Made by a program: the position numbers and the translations under genes
The notes under the pieces: generated by a model
The model's database searches: none
Told to the model about the DNA's origin: nothing
What the model saw: the letters and a program-made list of their open reading frames with translations, nothing else
Part shown: positions 32,343 to 56,110 of the stretch, piece by piece
Layout of the letters: each line of letters begins with the position of its first letter
Position numbering within the stretch: position 1 is the first letter of the stretch
Assembly: GCA_000004695.1 (NCBI GenBank)
Contig: CM000150.2
Span: forward strand, 640,001 to 704,000
Direction of reading: 5' to 3'
DNA: 64,000 bases
DNA from: Dictyostelium discoideum
Taxonomy: Eukaryota

Positions 32343-33176
32343 TTTATTATTTATTTTATTATTATTATTTTTTTTTATTCTTTATTTTTTTTTTTAAATT
32401 TTTATTAATATAAAAAATAAAATTAAATCAGTTATATATATATTTATATATTCATATTTCTTTGATTGGATAAAATAATTTTTAATAATAGATAAGATAA
32501 AATATTATAATTATAATTATAATTATACTTATATATATATATACTTATAATAAAAATATCATTATCATTGTTTTTTTTATTTTTTATTTATTTTTTTATT
32601 TTTATTTTTTTTTTTAAAAAAAAATTTATTAATGTGTTTAGTGGGTTTATCTCATTGGATATTAATTTAATATTTCTACTTCATTGTAAAAATAAAAAAA
32701 AAATAGTAAAACAAATAATTTTTACCTACACCACCATTGGAGTTGTGGGAAATAATTTACTTTATTACAAATCTTTAATTTATTAATTTAATTTTTTTTT
32801 TTTTAATTACCCAATAAAATGAAAAAAAATGATGAATACATTATTTCTATATTCATAAATTTAATTTCGTTTTTCATTTCAGTATTTATATCATTTTTTA
32901 TTTTCATTCAAATCATTTTATTAAAATTATTTTTAAAAAGTTTAATAAAAACAATTGTTCAATATATTAATAATAATAATAGTAAATTAATTGTTGTAAT
33001 AATAATATCAACTTTAAATATTTTAAATTATTTTTATAAATTTTTTAAAAATACTTTTTTAATTAAAAATAAAAAAATAAAATAATAATTATAAAACAAA
33101 ATAAATTAAAATAAATTTTTTTTGATATTTATTTATTTATTTATTTATTTTTATTTTTATTTTTAATTTTAATAAT

Positions 33177-33181
<5 letters not shown>

Positions 33182-33241
<60 letters not shown>
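33182..33241 (+). promoter_or_regulatory. Uninterrupted 60-nt poly(A) tract abutting the start codon of the downstream secreted-protein gene.
   Basis: A60 directly followed by the ATG at 33242. Confidence 0.4.
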
Positions 33242-33244
<3 letters not shown>

Positions 33245-34981
33245 TTTCTAATCAAAAAATTAAATAATAAAAAATTTGTAAAATATATTTTATTATTGGT
33301 ATTATTATCAATAAATTTATGTAATTGCAATGAAAATAATACCCCATCAACTAATAATGAAAAGGATGAATCACCTCTATCTGGACAATCATCTGCTTTT
33401 AAGCCATCACAAGAAAGTCTATCTTTATTAGAATCAATAGATGGAATTATTGAAGCTGTAGAAGACTCTTGGAAAAATGGTGATTGTATGTATTTTTTTT
33501 TATAATTTTTTTTTTTTAGTAAAATATATATTTAAATATTAATTTTTAATTTTTTTTTTAAAAAAAAAGTTTCATTCTTTATTCCATTTTTACGTAAAAC
33601 CCCACCTCCAACAAGACCACCATCAACAGCTGGTCCAACTGAATCAAATTCACCAAAACATACAACTAGTCCAACCAAAACACCAAAACATACAACTAGT
33701 CCAACCAAAACACCAAGACCAACCAAAACGCCAAAACCAACAGAAAAACCAAATCATACAACAAAACCAACAGAAACACCAAAACACACAACAAAACCAA
33801 CAGAAACACCAAAACACACAACAAAACCAACAGAAACACCAAAACACACAACAAAACCAACTAAAACACCAAGACCAACCAGAACACCAAAACCAACACC
33901 AACACCAACACCAACACCAAAACCAACCAAAACACCAAAACCAACACCAACACCAACTAGAACACCAAAACCAACACCAACACCAACACCAACATCAACA
34001 CCAACATCAACACCAACATCAACACCAACATCAACACCAACATCAACACCAAATTCAAATAATACATTTAAATATGGAATGCCATCGGTTGGAGATAATC
34101 CAAATTGGATTGAACGTGGATATCACTTTTTAATTAATGCAGCAAGAATTGATCCACAAGGATATAAAAAAACATATTTTAAAGGTGGTGAAAATATTGT
34201 AGATGTAATTAAAGATGGTGGTATTTATAAAGCAGTTCAACCATTATACTATGCCAATTATTTGGGAGTTGCAGCAGAGTATCATTCAAAAGATATGGCA
34301 AGTTCACCATGTTTTTCACACAATGATTGTTCAGGAGGCACTGCTCAAGATAGATTCGATAAACTATTTATTGGTTGTGGAGATAATAGAAAAACACCTG
34401 ATGGATATATAGGTGTAAGAGGTGAGAATATCATTATGCTTCGTAGTGACCCATTGGCCACAAGCAACTTTTGGATTTGTGAGAGTATTCCAACTAGTGA
34501 AGCAACATGCACTAAAGATGGTGTAAACGATGGTCATAGAGCAAATGTATTCAATGGTGATTATCGTTCTTTGGGTGTTTCAGCAATACTAAGTGAACAT
34601 AATTCAAAATATTATTGGACAGTTGATTTTGACCAACAAGCTTGTGAAGGTCGTGATTATGTAATTCATTGTGGTGGTCATTTACTTGATGATACCTCCA
34701 TTAGTTATGTTACAACTTTTTATGATGAATCTTTACCAGATACTGCCAATATTCAAGGTAAAATATTTATAAATTCAGATTCAAATTCTCAAGATTTAAC
34801 ATTACAATTGGGTTCAAAAACAAAAGGAACTTATATTTTCACCCCTTCAAATTATAATCCAGATGATAAATACTATTTTGAATTCACTGTCGATGATGAT
34901 AAGAAGTATCGTTATCCTCAAGAAGGTTACTTGGTATCATTAAATACAATGTCTGATAAACCATCTTGGGTTGAAAATTAA
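33242..34981 (+). CDS. Secreted mucin-like protein with a signal peptide, a Thr/Pro-rich tandem-repeat stalk and a Cys-containing C-terminal globular domain. Two exons: 33242..33485, 33570..34981.
   Basis: The N-terminus, MFLIKKLNNKKFVKYILLLVLLSINLCNCNE, is a signal peptide. The GTATGT donor is at 33486 and the AG acceptor at 33568-69, joining in phase 1. Exon 2 begins with repeats of TKTPKHTT, TKPTETPKHT and (PT)n/(ST)n, then runs stop-free into track ORF 34079..34981. The C-terminal domain has the weak CAP/SCP-like motifs HND...GENI and GHRANVF. That family call is tentative. Confidence 0.7.
33640..34050 (+). repeat. Coding tandem repeats with 30-nt units (for example caaaacacacaacaaaaccaacagaaacac, three copies) and (ccaaca)n/(ccaacatca)n. 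They encode the Thr/Pro-rich stalk.
   Basis: Direct DNA-level repeats visible at 33657-33716 and 33779-33868, and hexamer/nonamer arrays at 33890-34050. Confidence 0.85.
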
Positions 34982-35418
34982 ATCAATTTCTAATTTTGTA
35001 TATATTTATTGTAAAAAAAAAAAAAAACAATTCATATATTTTTTTTCTTACAATCATTAAAATAAAAAAAAAAATAAAATAAAATAAAAATAATAATAAA
35101 AATAATAATTATAAAAGTACTATTTTTTTTTTTTTTTTTTTTTTTTTTATACACCGACTATTTAGTCAAAAAAAAAAAAAAAAAAATTTATTTTTAAATA
35201 AACAATAATAACTGTTTGACAGAAAAAACACCAGAATGAAATCAAAAAGATTTTCAAACCATAACCCTTTTTTTAAATTTTATTTTTTTTTAATTATTTT
35301 AGATTATTTTTTTTTTATTTTTTTTTTTTTTTTTTTTTTTTTTTGAACTTGCATAAAAAAAAAAATCAATTTTCAAAAAAAAAAAAATTTTATTCAATCA
35401 ATTTCAAATCAATATACA

Positions 35419-35964
35419 ATGGATACTCTTATAAACTATTATTCAAATCTTAGCAAACCACTCCCAGAAGCTCCACCAAAGCAATGGGATGTCAGTGAAA
35501 AAAACTTTAGCTTAAATGGTCCAATCCCAGTCGATCCATCAAGCAGTGATAAATGGTATGAAATTTCATAATAATAATAATAATGGAAAAAAAAAAAACT
35601 ATAAAGAAATATAATACTAACACGCAAATTAAATACAAAACACACAAATTTATGTTTATAAAGGATTTGCAGATGTGGTCAATCTAAAAACTATCCATAT
35701 TGTGATGGTTCACATAAAAAATATAATGAAGAGACTGGTCTTAATGATTCACCATTAAAAGTTGAAAAAGGTAGTGAAATGGTTTACGTTTGTAGATGTG
35801 GTCATTCAAAAGATAAACCATTTTGTGATGGTGCTCATTCAACTCTTAAAGCAATTGAATTCGAAAAAGATAATGGTGGTATTAAAGCTATCATTCGTTA
35901 TACATTCCCACTTGTCTCTTTTGTTTTCGTTGGTATTTACTTAAAGAGACAATTATTCAACTAA
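35419..35964 (+). CDS. CDGSH iron-sulfur domain protein with two CDGSH motifs (CISD3/Miner2-like) and a C-terminal hydrophobic tail. Two exons: 35419..35555, 35664..35964.
   Basis: Exon 1 reads MDTLINYYSNLSKPLPEAPPKQWDVSEKNFSLNGPIPVDPSSSDK. The GTATGA donor is at 35556 in phase 2 and the AG acceptor at 35662-63. Exon 2 reads W-ICRCGQSKNYPYCDGSHKKYNEETG...VYVCRCGHSKDKPFCDGAHSTLKAIEFEKDNGGIKAIIRYTFPLVSFVFVGIYLKRQLFN. Both motifs fit C-x-C-x2-S-x3-P-x-CDG[SA]H. Confidence 0.85.
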
Positions 35965-36186
35965 AAAAAAAAAAAAAAAAAAAATTAAAAAAAAATTAAA
36001 AAAAAAAAAAAAATCTCTAATCAAATAATAAATAACAACAAAACCAATTAATTAATTAAACCAATAAAAAACATTTTTGTTGATTTGTACAAAATAAATA
36101 AAAAAACTAAAAAAAAAAAAAAAAAGAGAGAGAGGAGAGGTTGCATGTTTGTATTTTTGTATTGTTTTTAAATATATTAATTTTAT

Positions 36187-36358
36187 TTATTTATGTGGTG
36201 GAGGTGGAGGCATTCCACCAAATGGCATCATCATTGGATTGAATTGCATTAACATTGGGTTGAATGGTGGTGGTGGAGGATGGTGGGGATGTGGATGTGG
36301 ACGAAGTTGATGTGGGAGTGGGTGTGGGTGTGGTATTGGATGTTGGTGGTGTGGGTGG

Positions 36359-36443
<85 letters not shown>

Positions 36444-37352
36444 GCTGTAATTGTTGTAATTGTAATTGTTGTAATTGTAATTGTTGTTGTTGTTGTTGTT
36501 GCAATTGTTGTTGTTGTTGTATTTGTTGTTGATGAATTATACCACCTGCAGTGACAATTGGTGGAGGTAGGGGTTGTGATTGTTGTTGTTGTTGTTGTTG
36601 TGGAGTTGAAGTTGAAATAGTTGAGGTTGAAGAAGTTGAAGATGATTGTTGCTGTTGTTGTTGATTTAAATAACCTGTATTTCTACTTGCAGCAATAATA
36701 CGTTCAGCAGAAGAACCATGTCTTTCATTTGAATCTTTCTTTCTTGCATAAGTTACAGAGATTGGTTTATTACAAAGGAATTGACTATTCATAGCTTCGA
36801 TTGCTGCATCAGAGGCTTCAAAACTATCGAAATTTATAAATGCAAATCCTTTACTTACACCATTTTCATCTCTCATAACTTTTGGTGTAAATATAATCGT
36901 ACCAAATCTTGAAAATGTATCATGTAATATTCTTTCATCAACATCTGCATCTAAATTACCAATAAATAAATTTGCACCAATATCAACTTTATCTTTATTT
37001 TCCTAAAATAAAATTAATTAAAATGAAATGAAAAAAATAAATATTTATTATTATTATTATTAAATATTATTAAATTTAAATTACTTACTTTTTTAATTTT
37101 AATTTCTTTATTAAATAAACGTACGAATTTCATAACTTTTAAAGCATATTCAGCATCTGAAGAACTTTGAAATTCAACATATGCTCTACCTGAATGTTGT
37201 TGAGTTAATTTATCTTTTGGTATGAATACTTTAACTACTGGTGCTGCTTGAATAAATAATTCCATTAATAATGATTCTGTAACCATTGGATCTAAATCTC
37301 TAATTAATAGACATGCTTCATGATTTCTCTCTTGTGGTAAATTTGATGCCAT
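36187..37352 (-). CDS. sf3b4: Splicing factor 3B subunit 4 (SF3b49/SAP49), with two RRMs and a Q/P-rich tail. Two exons: 37352..37089, 37002..36187.
   Basis: RRM1 reads [81 protein letters not shown]. The GTAAGT donor is at 37088 and the AG acceptor at 37003-04, joining in phase 0. RRM2 reads [105 protein letters not shown]. After that come a (CAA)n poly-Q of about 40 residues and a Pro/His-rich end. It is collinear with human SF3B4. Confidence 0.9.
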
Positions 37353-37554
37353 CTTATTTTTTAATTTTATTTATAAGGTTGGTTTATTAATATATATTTG
37401 TTTATTTATATATTTATATATTTATTTATATATTTATTTATATATTTATTTATGTTTTTCTAATTATTAATATCGTCATATGAAATAACACATTCGATGT
37501 TAATTGTTTTATTTTCATAAGTTGAAAAAAAAAAAAAAAAAAAAAAAAAAAATG

Positions 37555-37606
<52 letters not shown>

Positions 37607-38046
37607 AAATCTGAGGATTAAAACAATTATTTTTTTATTTTTAACTTTTTTTTTTTTTTTTTTATTTATTTATTTTTAATATGGTTTTAGTACATATAAA
37701 TAGAACACTCAAAAAAAAAAAAACTAAAAAAATTATTGACGTGTTATATAGAAATAAAATTTAAAAAAAAAACAAATCAAATTATCTAGATTTAATTCAT
37801 TTATTTTTTTAATTTAAAAAAAAATAAAATATTTTCCTTCCTTTTCTATTACACTCAAAACAATTAGTATGTTTATAAATTAAATGTATTTTAAAAAAAA
37901 AGTAGGAAATTATGAAATAAATATAAAAAAAAAAAAATTTTACTTTATTTAATAGTTATTTTAATAATAAATAAATAAATATATATGGATTAAAAGTACA
38001 GAATGCTATTTTTATAAAAAATATAATTTATAATTTATAGTTGTTA

Positions 38047-38425
38047 TTATTGTTGTTGTACATTATCTTGATTTGTTTCTACATTATTATTTTGTTGTGA
38101 AACTGGTTGTTGAGCAATTTGTTGTTGTTGTTGTTGTTGTTGTTGCAATTGTTGTTGATAAAACATAGATTCAACATAGAATTGTTGTGGTGGATAAAAC
38201 ATACTACCTTGATTTGGATTATAGTTGATATTAGCATTTTGAGAAATATAGTTTGAAGGGAAAGTTGGTGATTGATTACTTGGTGTTGAATTATTACTAG
38301 AACTATGAGTTTGTATTGGTGAGTGAGAGAGTCTTTCATTGGTATTATAGTTAAAATCATAGTTGCTATGATTTGATGATTTTAAATCATTATTTGTTTG
38401 GTTATTAGGAGTACTATCGTTGAGA

Positions 38426-38470
<45 letters not shown>

Positions 38471-38639
38471 GCATTAATATTATTATTTATATTTTGTTGT
38501 TGCTGTTGGTATTGAAGTTGATAATGGTTTGGGTGTAGTTGTTGGTACTGTGCTTGATAATTATTACAATACATCAATTGATTTTGAAATTGATTGTTCC
38601 AAGAATCATTATTATTATTATTGATGTAATTATTATTTA

Positions 38640-38709
<70 letters not shown>

Positions 38710-39048
38710 GTTATTATTATTATTATTATTAATATTATTATCACTATTATTATTATTATTATTATTACTAGTATTGCTATTGCTATTGCTATTGAAATTG
38801 TTAATGTTATCATTATTATTATTATTATTATTAACATGATAATTATTATTTGTAAAAGATGAGGAAACCTTTCTCTTCAATTGGTTTGTTGTTTTTGGTT
38901 TTATTATATTAAAATTTTCATTTTCATCATGGCTATCATTTTCATCATCATTGGAATCATAATCCTCTTCTTCAAATTCATTTTGTTCATTTTGATAATC
39001 ATCATCAGAATAATTATTATCCATTGTGGTGTTACTTTTTTGATTATA

Positions 39049-39080
<32 letters not shown>

Positions 39081-39663
39081 TATTATTATTGTTATTTTTT
39101 CTTGTGATTATAGTATTTTTATTGTTTTTTTCAAATTCAATTTTTTGTTTTTTGATAATTCTATAATTATTGGTTTTTCTAATTTCATTTTCACTAAAAT
39201 TACCTTTATGACCATTAAAACCATTATTATTTTGTTTTGATTTGTTTGTTTTTTCTAATACATTTGATTTTAAAATATACTATATATTCATAATAAAAAT
39301 AATAATAAAAAAAAATAAATTTGTTTAAAAATTGTTTAGAAAAAAAAAAAAAAAAAAAAAACTTACACCAAGATTATGTTTATTTCTATGATTTTCAATT
39401 ATTTTCCAAAGTGCAATAATTTTAAATTTATTTGTAATTGGATAAATTGACCAATCTCCAATCATTGATTCTAATTCATTTGCATTTATCGATTGTCCTC
39501 TGAATTCACTAAGACTACTCATATCTTTAACAATACTATTTTTAATTTCTGATGATAGTTTCCCAATTTTCCATTCTTGTAAAATAATTTGATAATCCAT
39601 CCATTGTGCAACACCAACATCGGATAATTTTATATCATTCTTTGTACTATTTCTTTTTGACAT
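38047..39663 (-). CDS. Hypothetical protein. It has a small complex N-terminal domain and an N/Q-rich tail. Two exons: 39663..39367, 39279..38047.
   Basis: Exon 1 reads MSKRNSTKNDIKLSDVGVAQWMDYQIILQEWKIGKLSSEIKNSIVKDMSSLSEFRGQSINANELESMIGDWSIYPITNKFKIIALWKIIENHRNKHNLG. The GTAAGT donor is at 39366 and the acceptor is atatAG (39280-81). The acceptor AG is itself part of an in-frame TAG, after which the frame is open for 410 codons into track ORF 38047..39024. Both ends are phase 0. I do not recognise the domain. Confidence 0.65.
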
Positions 39664-39903
39664 TTTTTTAAAATATTATTATTTATTATACAGATTATTA
39701 AAACAATTAAAACAATTAAAATAAAGTAAAATAAAATAAAATAAAATAAAATGATAACTATCAACCTTTTTTTTTTTTTTTTTTTTTAAAATTATGTTTT
39801 TTTTTTTTTTTTTTTTTTTTTAAACAATAAGGTTATATTGAAAGTTATATGGATGAAAGGGGTTTTAAAGGTTTAAAATAAATGAGAGTAATTAAAAATT
39901 GAA

Positions 39904-39972
<69 letters not shown>

Positions 39973-40157
39973 TGAATGGTGTCAGTCCAAAATAACATGT
40001 GTAAAACTATTTTTAATTATTTTTAATTTTAATTATTTTTTTATTTTTTTTTTTTTTTATAGATTTTATTCATTTTTTTTTTTATATTTTATTTATACAT
40101 TTTTTTTTCAATTTGACAATTATTATTTTTTTTATATTTTTATTTTTTTTTATTTAA

Positions 40158-41441
40158 TTATTTAACTTTATTAAATAATTTAGTTACAAGAGGATGTTGA
40201 TTTGAGTAATTTTGAAATTGATTGAATTTTGAGTAATTTAAAACTTGAATTATAAATTGTAAGATATGTAAATTTTCTTTTTGAATTGCATAATAAAAGA
40301 TGAACCAAAAATCATTAAAATTAAATAACATTCCATTATTATTATTATTATTTTTAAATTTCTTTGATTTCTTTATCAATAAATTTGGATGATTATAAAA
40401 TAAATGATAAAATACATTAATTTGACCATTAATAGAAGCACCTTGAAGAATTGATAATAAATTATTTTTAAAAATCATTTCATCATCATCATCTTTTTCA
40501 TTTTCTTTTTCATTTTCTTTTTCTTTTTCTTTTTCTTTTTCTTTTTCTTTTTTTAAATAATTCTGAACATATGATTCTAAAGAAATTAAATCACCAGTTG
40601 AACCAATAGTTGAAATTGGTTTTATAATATTAAAATTAAATAAACATCTATTATTATTATTATTAATTGATAATTTATTTTCAATAACAAACCAATCTAA
40701 GAATTTAATAATTTGATAAGTTTTTGAAAAGAGTTCATTTGGATTGAATGAAAATGAATCTTGTGTGGTATTATTAATTATAAATTGGAAATCTGGTAAT
40801 ATTAATTTATCAAATAATAATTCACTACAATTTTTAGGTACTTTTATAAATTTAAAATGTTTATATTTAATTTAAATGATTCTCTATTTGTTGTTATAAA
40901 TTTAATGATTTTTAATAAATTTGAAAATGATTCAATTGATTCTTTATAATTATTATTATATGAAAATTCATTAAATTCTATTAAACATTGGTTGGATTTT
41001 AAATCTGTCATTGATAATAATAATAAATTTTTATAACATTTTAATAGATTTAAATTATTAAATGCAAATAATAATTGGTTATTAGGTGCTTGGAATAGGC
41101 TATTAAAATTATAAAAACAATATTCTAACATTTCTGTTGATTCTATATAATTTTCAATAAAATCATTATTTAATTCTCCTTTTTTATTATGACCACTAAT
41201 AATTGAATTTAAATCTTTTGAATTATTATTATTGATATTAAAGTATGATTATTATTTAAAAATTTACCATCTAATCATTTGTACCAATTACTAAAAATAA
41301 TAATAATTTTAAATCTTTTTCTCTTTTATTATTAATAATAAAATCAACTATTTCATTAATAAATTCTTTTTTCTTATTTTTATCATCATCATCATCTTTA
41401 CAATATTTGAATAGTATTTTTTTGTTTTTATTTTTGAATAA

Positions 41442-41491
<50 letters not shown>

Positions 41492-42953
41492 AATCAAACT
41501 TCTTCCAATATACTGAACTTCCATATTTTAATGATGTTAAAAATAAATAATTATTATTATATTTTATACCGTTATTTATTAAATTATTATTATTAAATCC
41601 ATTTAAAAAAATATCATATAAATTAATAAATTCACCCTTTTTAATAAATGAGAGGTATAATTGTAAACTACTTTTTATAGATTGAAATTTAATTTTATCA
41701 GTTATTATTTTCTTTAACTTTGATTTTAATTCTTCTTTTTTAAAAAATTGTTCAAGTTTTTCAATTGAATTATTATAATTTTCATTTTTTATAATATTTA
41801 TTAGTTTACAAATGTTGAATAAATCTTTTAATCTATATTGAAGCCAAAATAAATCTTTTTCAAATTCTATTATTTCATTATCACTTTTTAAAATTTCTTC
41901 AAAATGTTCATAATGTTCAATTATTTTATTTAAATTATTATTATTATTATTTATTTTATTATTATTTAATGGTAATTTAATTAATTTATGGATTAAAAAA
42001 TGAATTTGATCTTTATCACTTGTAGTTGAGTTTGAAATTAATTTATTATTAATAAAACAAAGAATATTTAATTATATTTTATTAAATATTAAATGATTAT
42101 AATGTATTAAATAAGGTATTGTAACTAATTGTTTAATATTATTATTATTATAATTGTCAAAAATGAATTTTATACCATTAAAAAATGAATGGGTTATTGA
42201 TTGTTTTAATAAATTATCTATTGATGGTTTAATGTAATTATTTTCTAATAAAACTTTAAATGCAATTTTATTATTACTTTCTATAATTAAATCTAATAAT
42301 GATTCCATTGAACTTATATATTTACTATAATTATTAAAAAGTGATAAATAAAATTTATTTAAATTTATTTCACAACAGTTTTTTACTCTTTTTATAATTT
42401 CTTTTAAAAATTCTATAATTTCACCGCCATTTCTATTTTTTAAATTATTATTATAATTACTATTATTATTATTATTATCTATATATACTAATAAATCTCC
42501 ATTTATAACTTTTTCATTTAAAATATGAAAATGATTATTATCTAACATCCATTTTACATTTATAATTTCATGAATTTTAAAATATTGTTTACCAAATCCA
42601 TAATTAGAATTATAGGTTGAATTATTACCAATATTTAAAAAGGAAGTTATATATTTAAATAGGAATTTATTTTTAAAAACTATCCAAAATAATAATTCAC
42701 CATATCTAATTTTATCTTTTCCAATTGGTTTTAAATCATTTATTGTTGTATTGAATTTATTGATTTTTGGAATTTCTTCTATTAATATTATATTCTCTTT
42801 ATAACCTTTAATGTAATTTTTAATTCTATTTAATAATTCTAATTTATTCTCTTTTGAAGGTGTTGGTATACCAAATAATTTTGAAACTTTTATTATTTCA
42901 ATAATATTACTTTTTTCTAACTCTATTAAATTAATATCATTTATATTAATCAT
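40158..42953 (-). pseudogene. Probable decayed or fragmented gene of a Dictyostelium-specific K/N/I-rich family. It has an in-frame stop and several frameshifts.
   Basis: The ORF 42953..42072 (MININDINLIELEK...) is interrupted by a TAA at 42069-71. Coding-like sequence then continues in the same frame for about 200 codons (LNILCFINNKLISNS...EHYEHFEEILKSDNEIIEFEKDLFWLQYRLKDLF...). All three frames are closed near 41230-41260, and further pieces lie in other frames (40844..41131, 40158..40478). No GT-AG introns of plausible length rescue these breaks. There is a weak resemblance to the intact 909-aa gene at 60627..63356. Confidence 0.45.
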
Positions 42954-42974
42954 TTTTTTTTTTTTTTTTTTTTT

Positions 42975-43013
<39 letters not shown>

Positions 43014-43638
43014 TAAAAAAATAATAATAATAATAATATAAAGATAGATATATAAATAATAATAATAAAAAAATTAATGATACAAATTTTTTTTTTACGT
43101 TTAACTAAAAAGTATTTTTTTTTTTTTTTTTTATTGTTTTATTTTTACTTACTTTAATAATTATAAAAAAAAAAAAAAAAAAAAAAAATAGTTAAGTAAT
43201 AACCGAAAAAAAAAAAAAATCTTTTTCGATTCGTTTTAAATATAAATTAAATTTCTAAAATTCTTTTTTTTAATTTGTTCTTTTTAAAAAAAAAAAAGTT
43301 CTTTTTTTTAATTCTTTTTTTTTAATTTTTTTTTAATTTTTTTTTTTATTTTTTTTTTTTTTTGGGAAATAACTTCTTTAAAAAACTGTTAAATTAAAAA
43401 ATAAAAAAATGAAAATTAAAAAAAAAAAAGATATGGGACCTAAAAGTTTGATTTTAAATGAAAAAAATACTTTTTATTTAATTTTTTTATTTTTTATTTT
43501 ATTTGTAATTAGTTAGTTCTTTTTCTAATTCATTCTTTAAGTTTTTATCAACAATAACATTTTGAATTATATTTCTAACATGTTGTAATTTACCACTTTT
43601 TGTTGTATCTGCCTTATACTAATAAATTGAAAAAAGTA

Positions 43639-55010
<11,372 letters not shown>

Positions 55011-55657
55011 CTTTAAATTTCTTTATTATTTTTTTAAAAGCAATAAACAAATTTGTTATGTGGACCTCTGAAAAAAAAATAAAAAAATAAAAAAATAAAA
55101 AAAAAAAAAATGAAAAAATTCAAAGGGGGAAAATTCCTAAGGATTTTTTTTTTAAAAAAATAAAAAATAAAAAAAAAATAAAAAAAAATGAAAAAAATGG
55201 GATTGAGGGTTCCCAATAACTCGTTTTGACCAGGGTTAGAAAATTAAAAAAGAAATCTTAATTATAGATTAATTCACCAAAATTGATGTTAAATTAAAAT
55301 AAAATAAAAAAAAAAACTTTCAATTAATCCCAATTCTTTTTTCTATTTTTAATAAAAAATTGAAAAAAAAATAGAATAATAAAAAAAAAAAAAAAAAAAA
55401 AAATCTTATTATGGTAGGTTACTTATTAAATTAATTCCTCAAATGGATATGAATTAATCAAATTTTTCAAAAAATTTATTTTATTTCATTTCATTTATTT
55501 TATTTTAATTTTATTTTATTTTTTTTTTTTTTAAAATTTTTTTGAAATTTTAAAAAAAAAAAAAAGGGATTTTAATAAAAAATAAAAAAAAAAAAAATAG
55601 TGACAACAAACACATAAATTTATATAGGTTGTGTGAATACAAATACTTAGTTATAGG

Positions 55658-56020
55658 ATGGAAGTCTCAATAAGAATTGATTCAAACAACAATTCTAATG
55701 ATGACAGTAGTAGAAACAACAATAATAACAATAATAATAATAATAATAGTAACGCTAACAACAACAACAATAATAATATAAATGGTGGTTTTAATCTTAT
55801 ACCCAATCCCTATTCTTCATCCTCTTTAAACAGTGACAGTAGTAATAGTAGTAATGATGGTGATAATGAAATAAACAGCCCTGTAAATAATAATAATAGA
55901 ACTATTTTCTCTAATCCTGGTGGTCGAATTAGCAATTTAACAAATTCACTTTCAAACCATCTTTCGAACTCACTAACTTCTTCATTAACTAATTTAATAT
56001 TACAAAATAATAATATTATA

Positions 56021-56110
<90 letters not shown>

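Noticed and set aside
33532-33847. Minus-strand ORFs rich in Gly, Val and Trp-Phe-Cys.
   Set aside because: They are antisense readings of the Thr/Pro-repeat coding region of the secreted-protein gene.
35439-35645. Minus-strand 68-aa ORF.
   Set aside because: It overlaps CDGSH exon 1 and the intron in antisense. The CDGSH model, with conserved motifs, explains the region.
39899-40165. ORF starting MNKKKKKKKK....
   Set aside because: It is a translation of a 60-nt poly(A) tract followed by AT-rich filler, with no coding signal.
42030-42110. A short intron removing the in-frame TAA at 42069-71 in the fragmented gene.
   Set aside because: The candidate gtttta...ag is non-consensus and only 41 nt long. 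Additional frame breaks further 3' remain unexplained, so a pseudogene is favoured.
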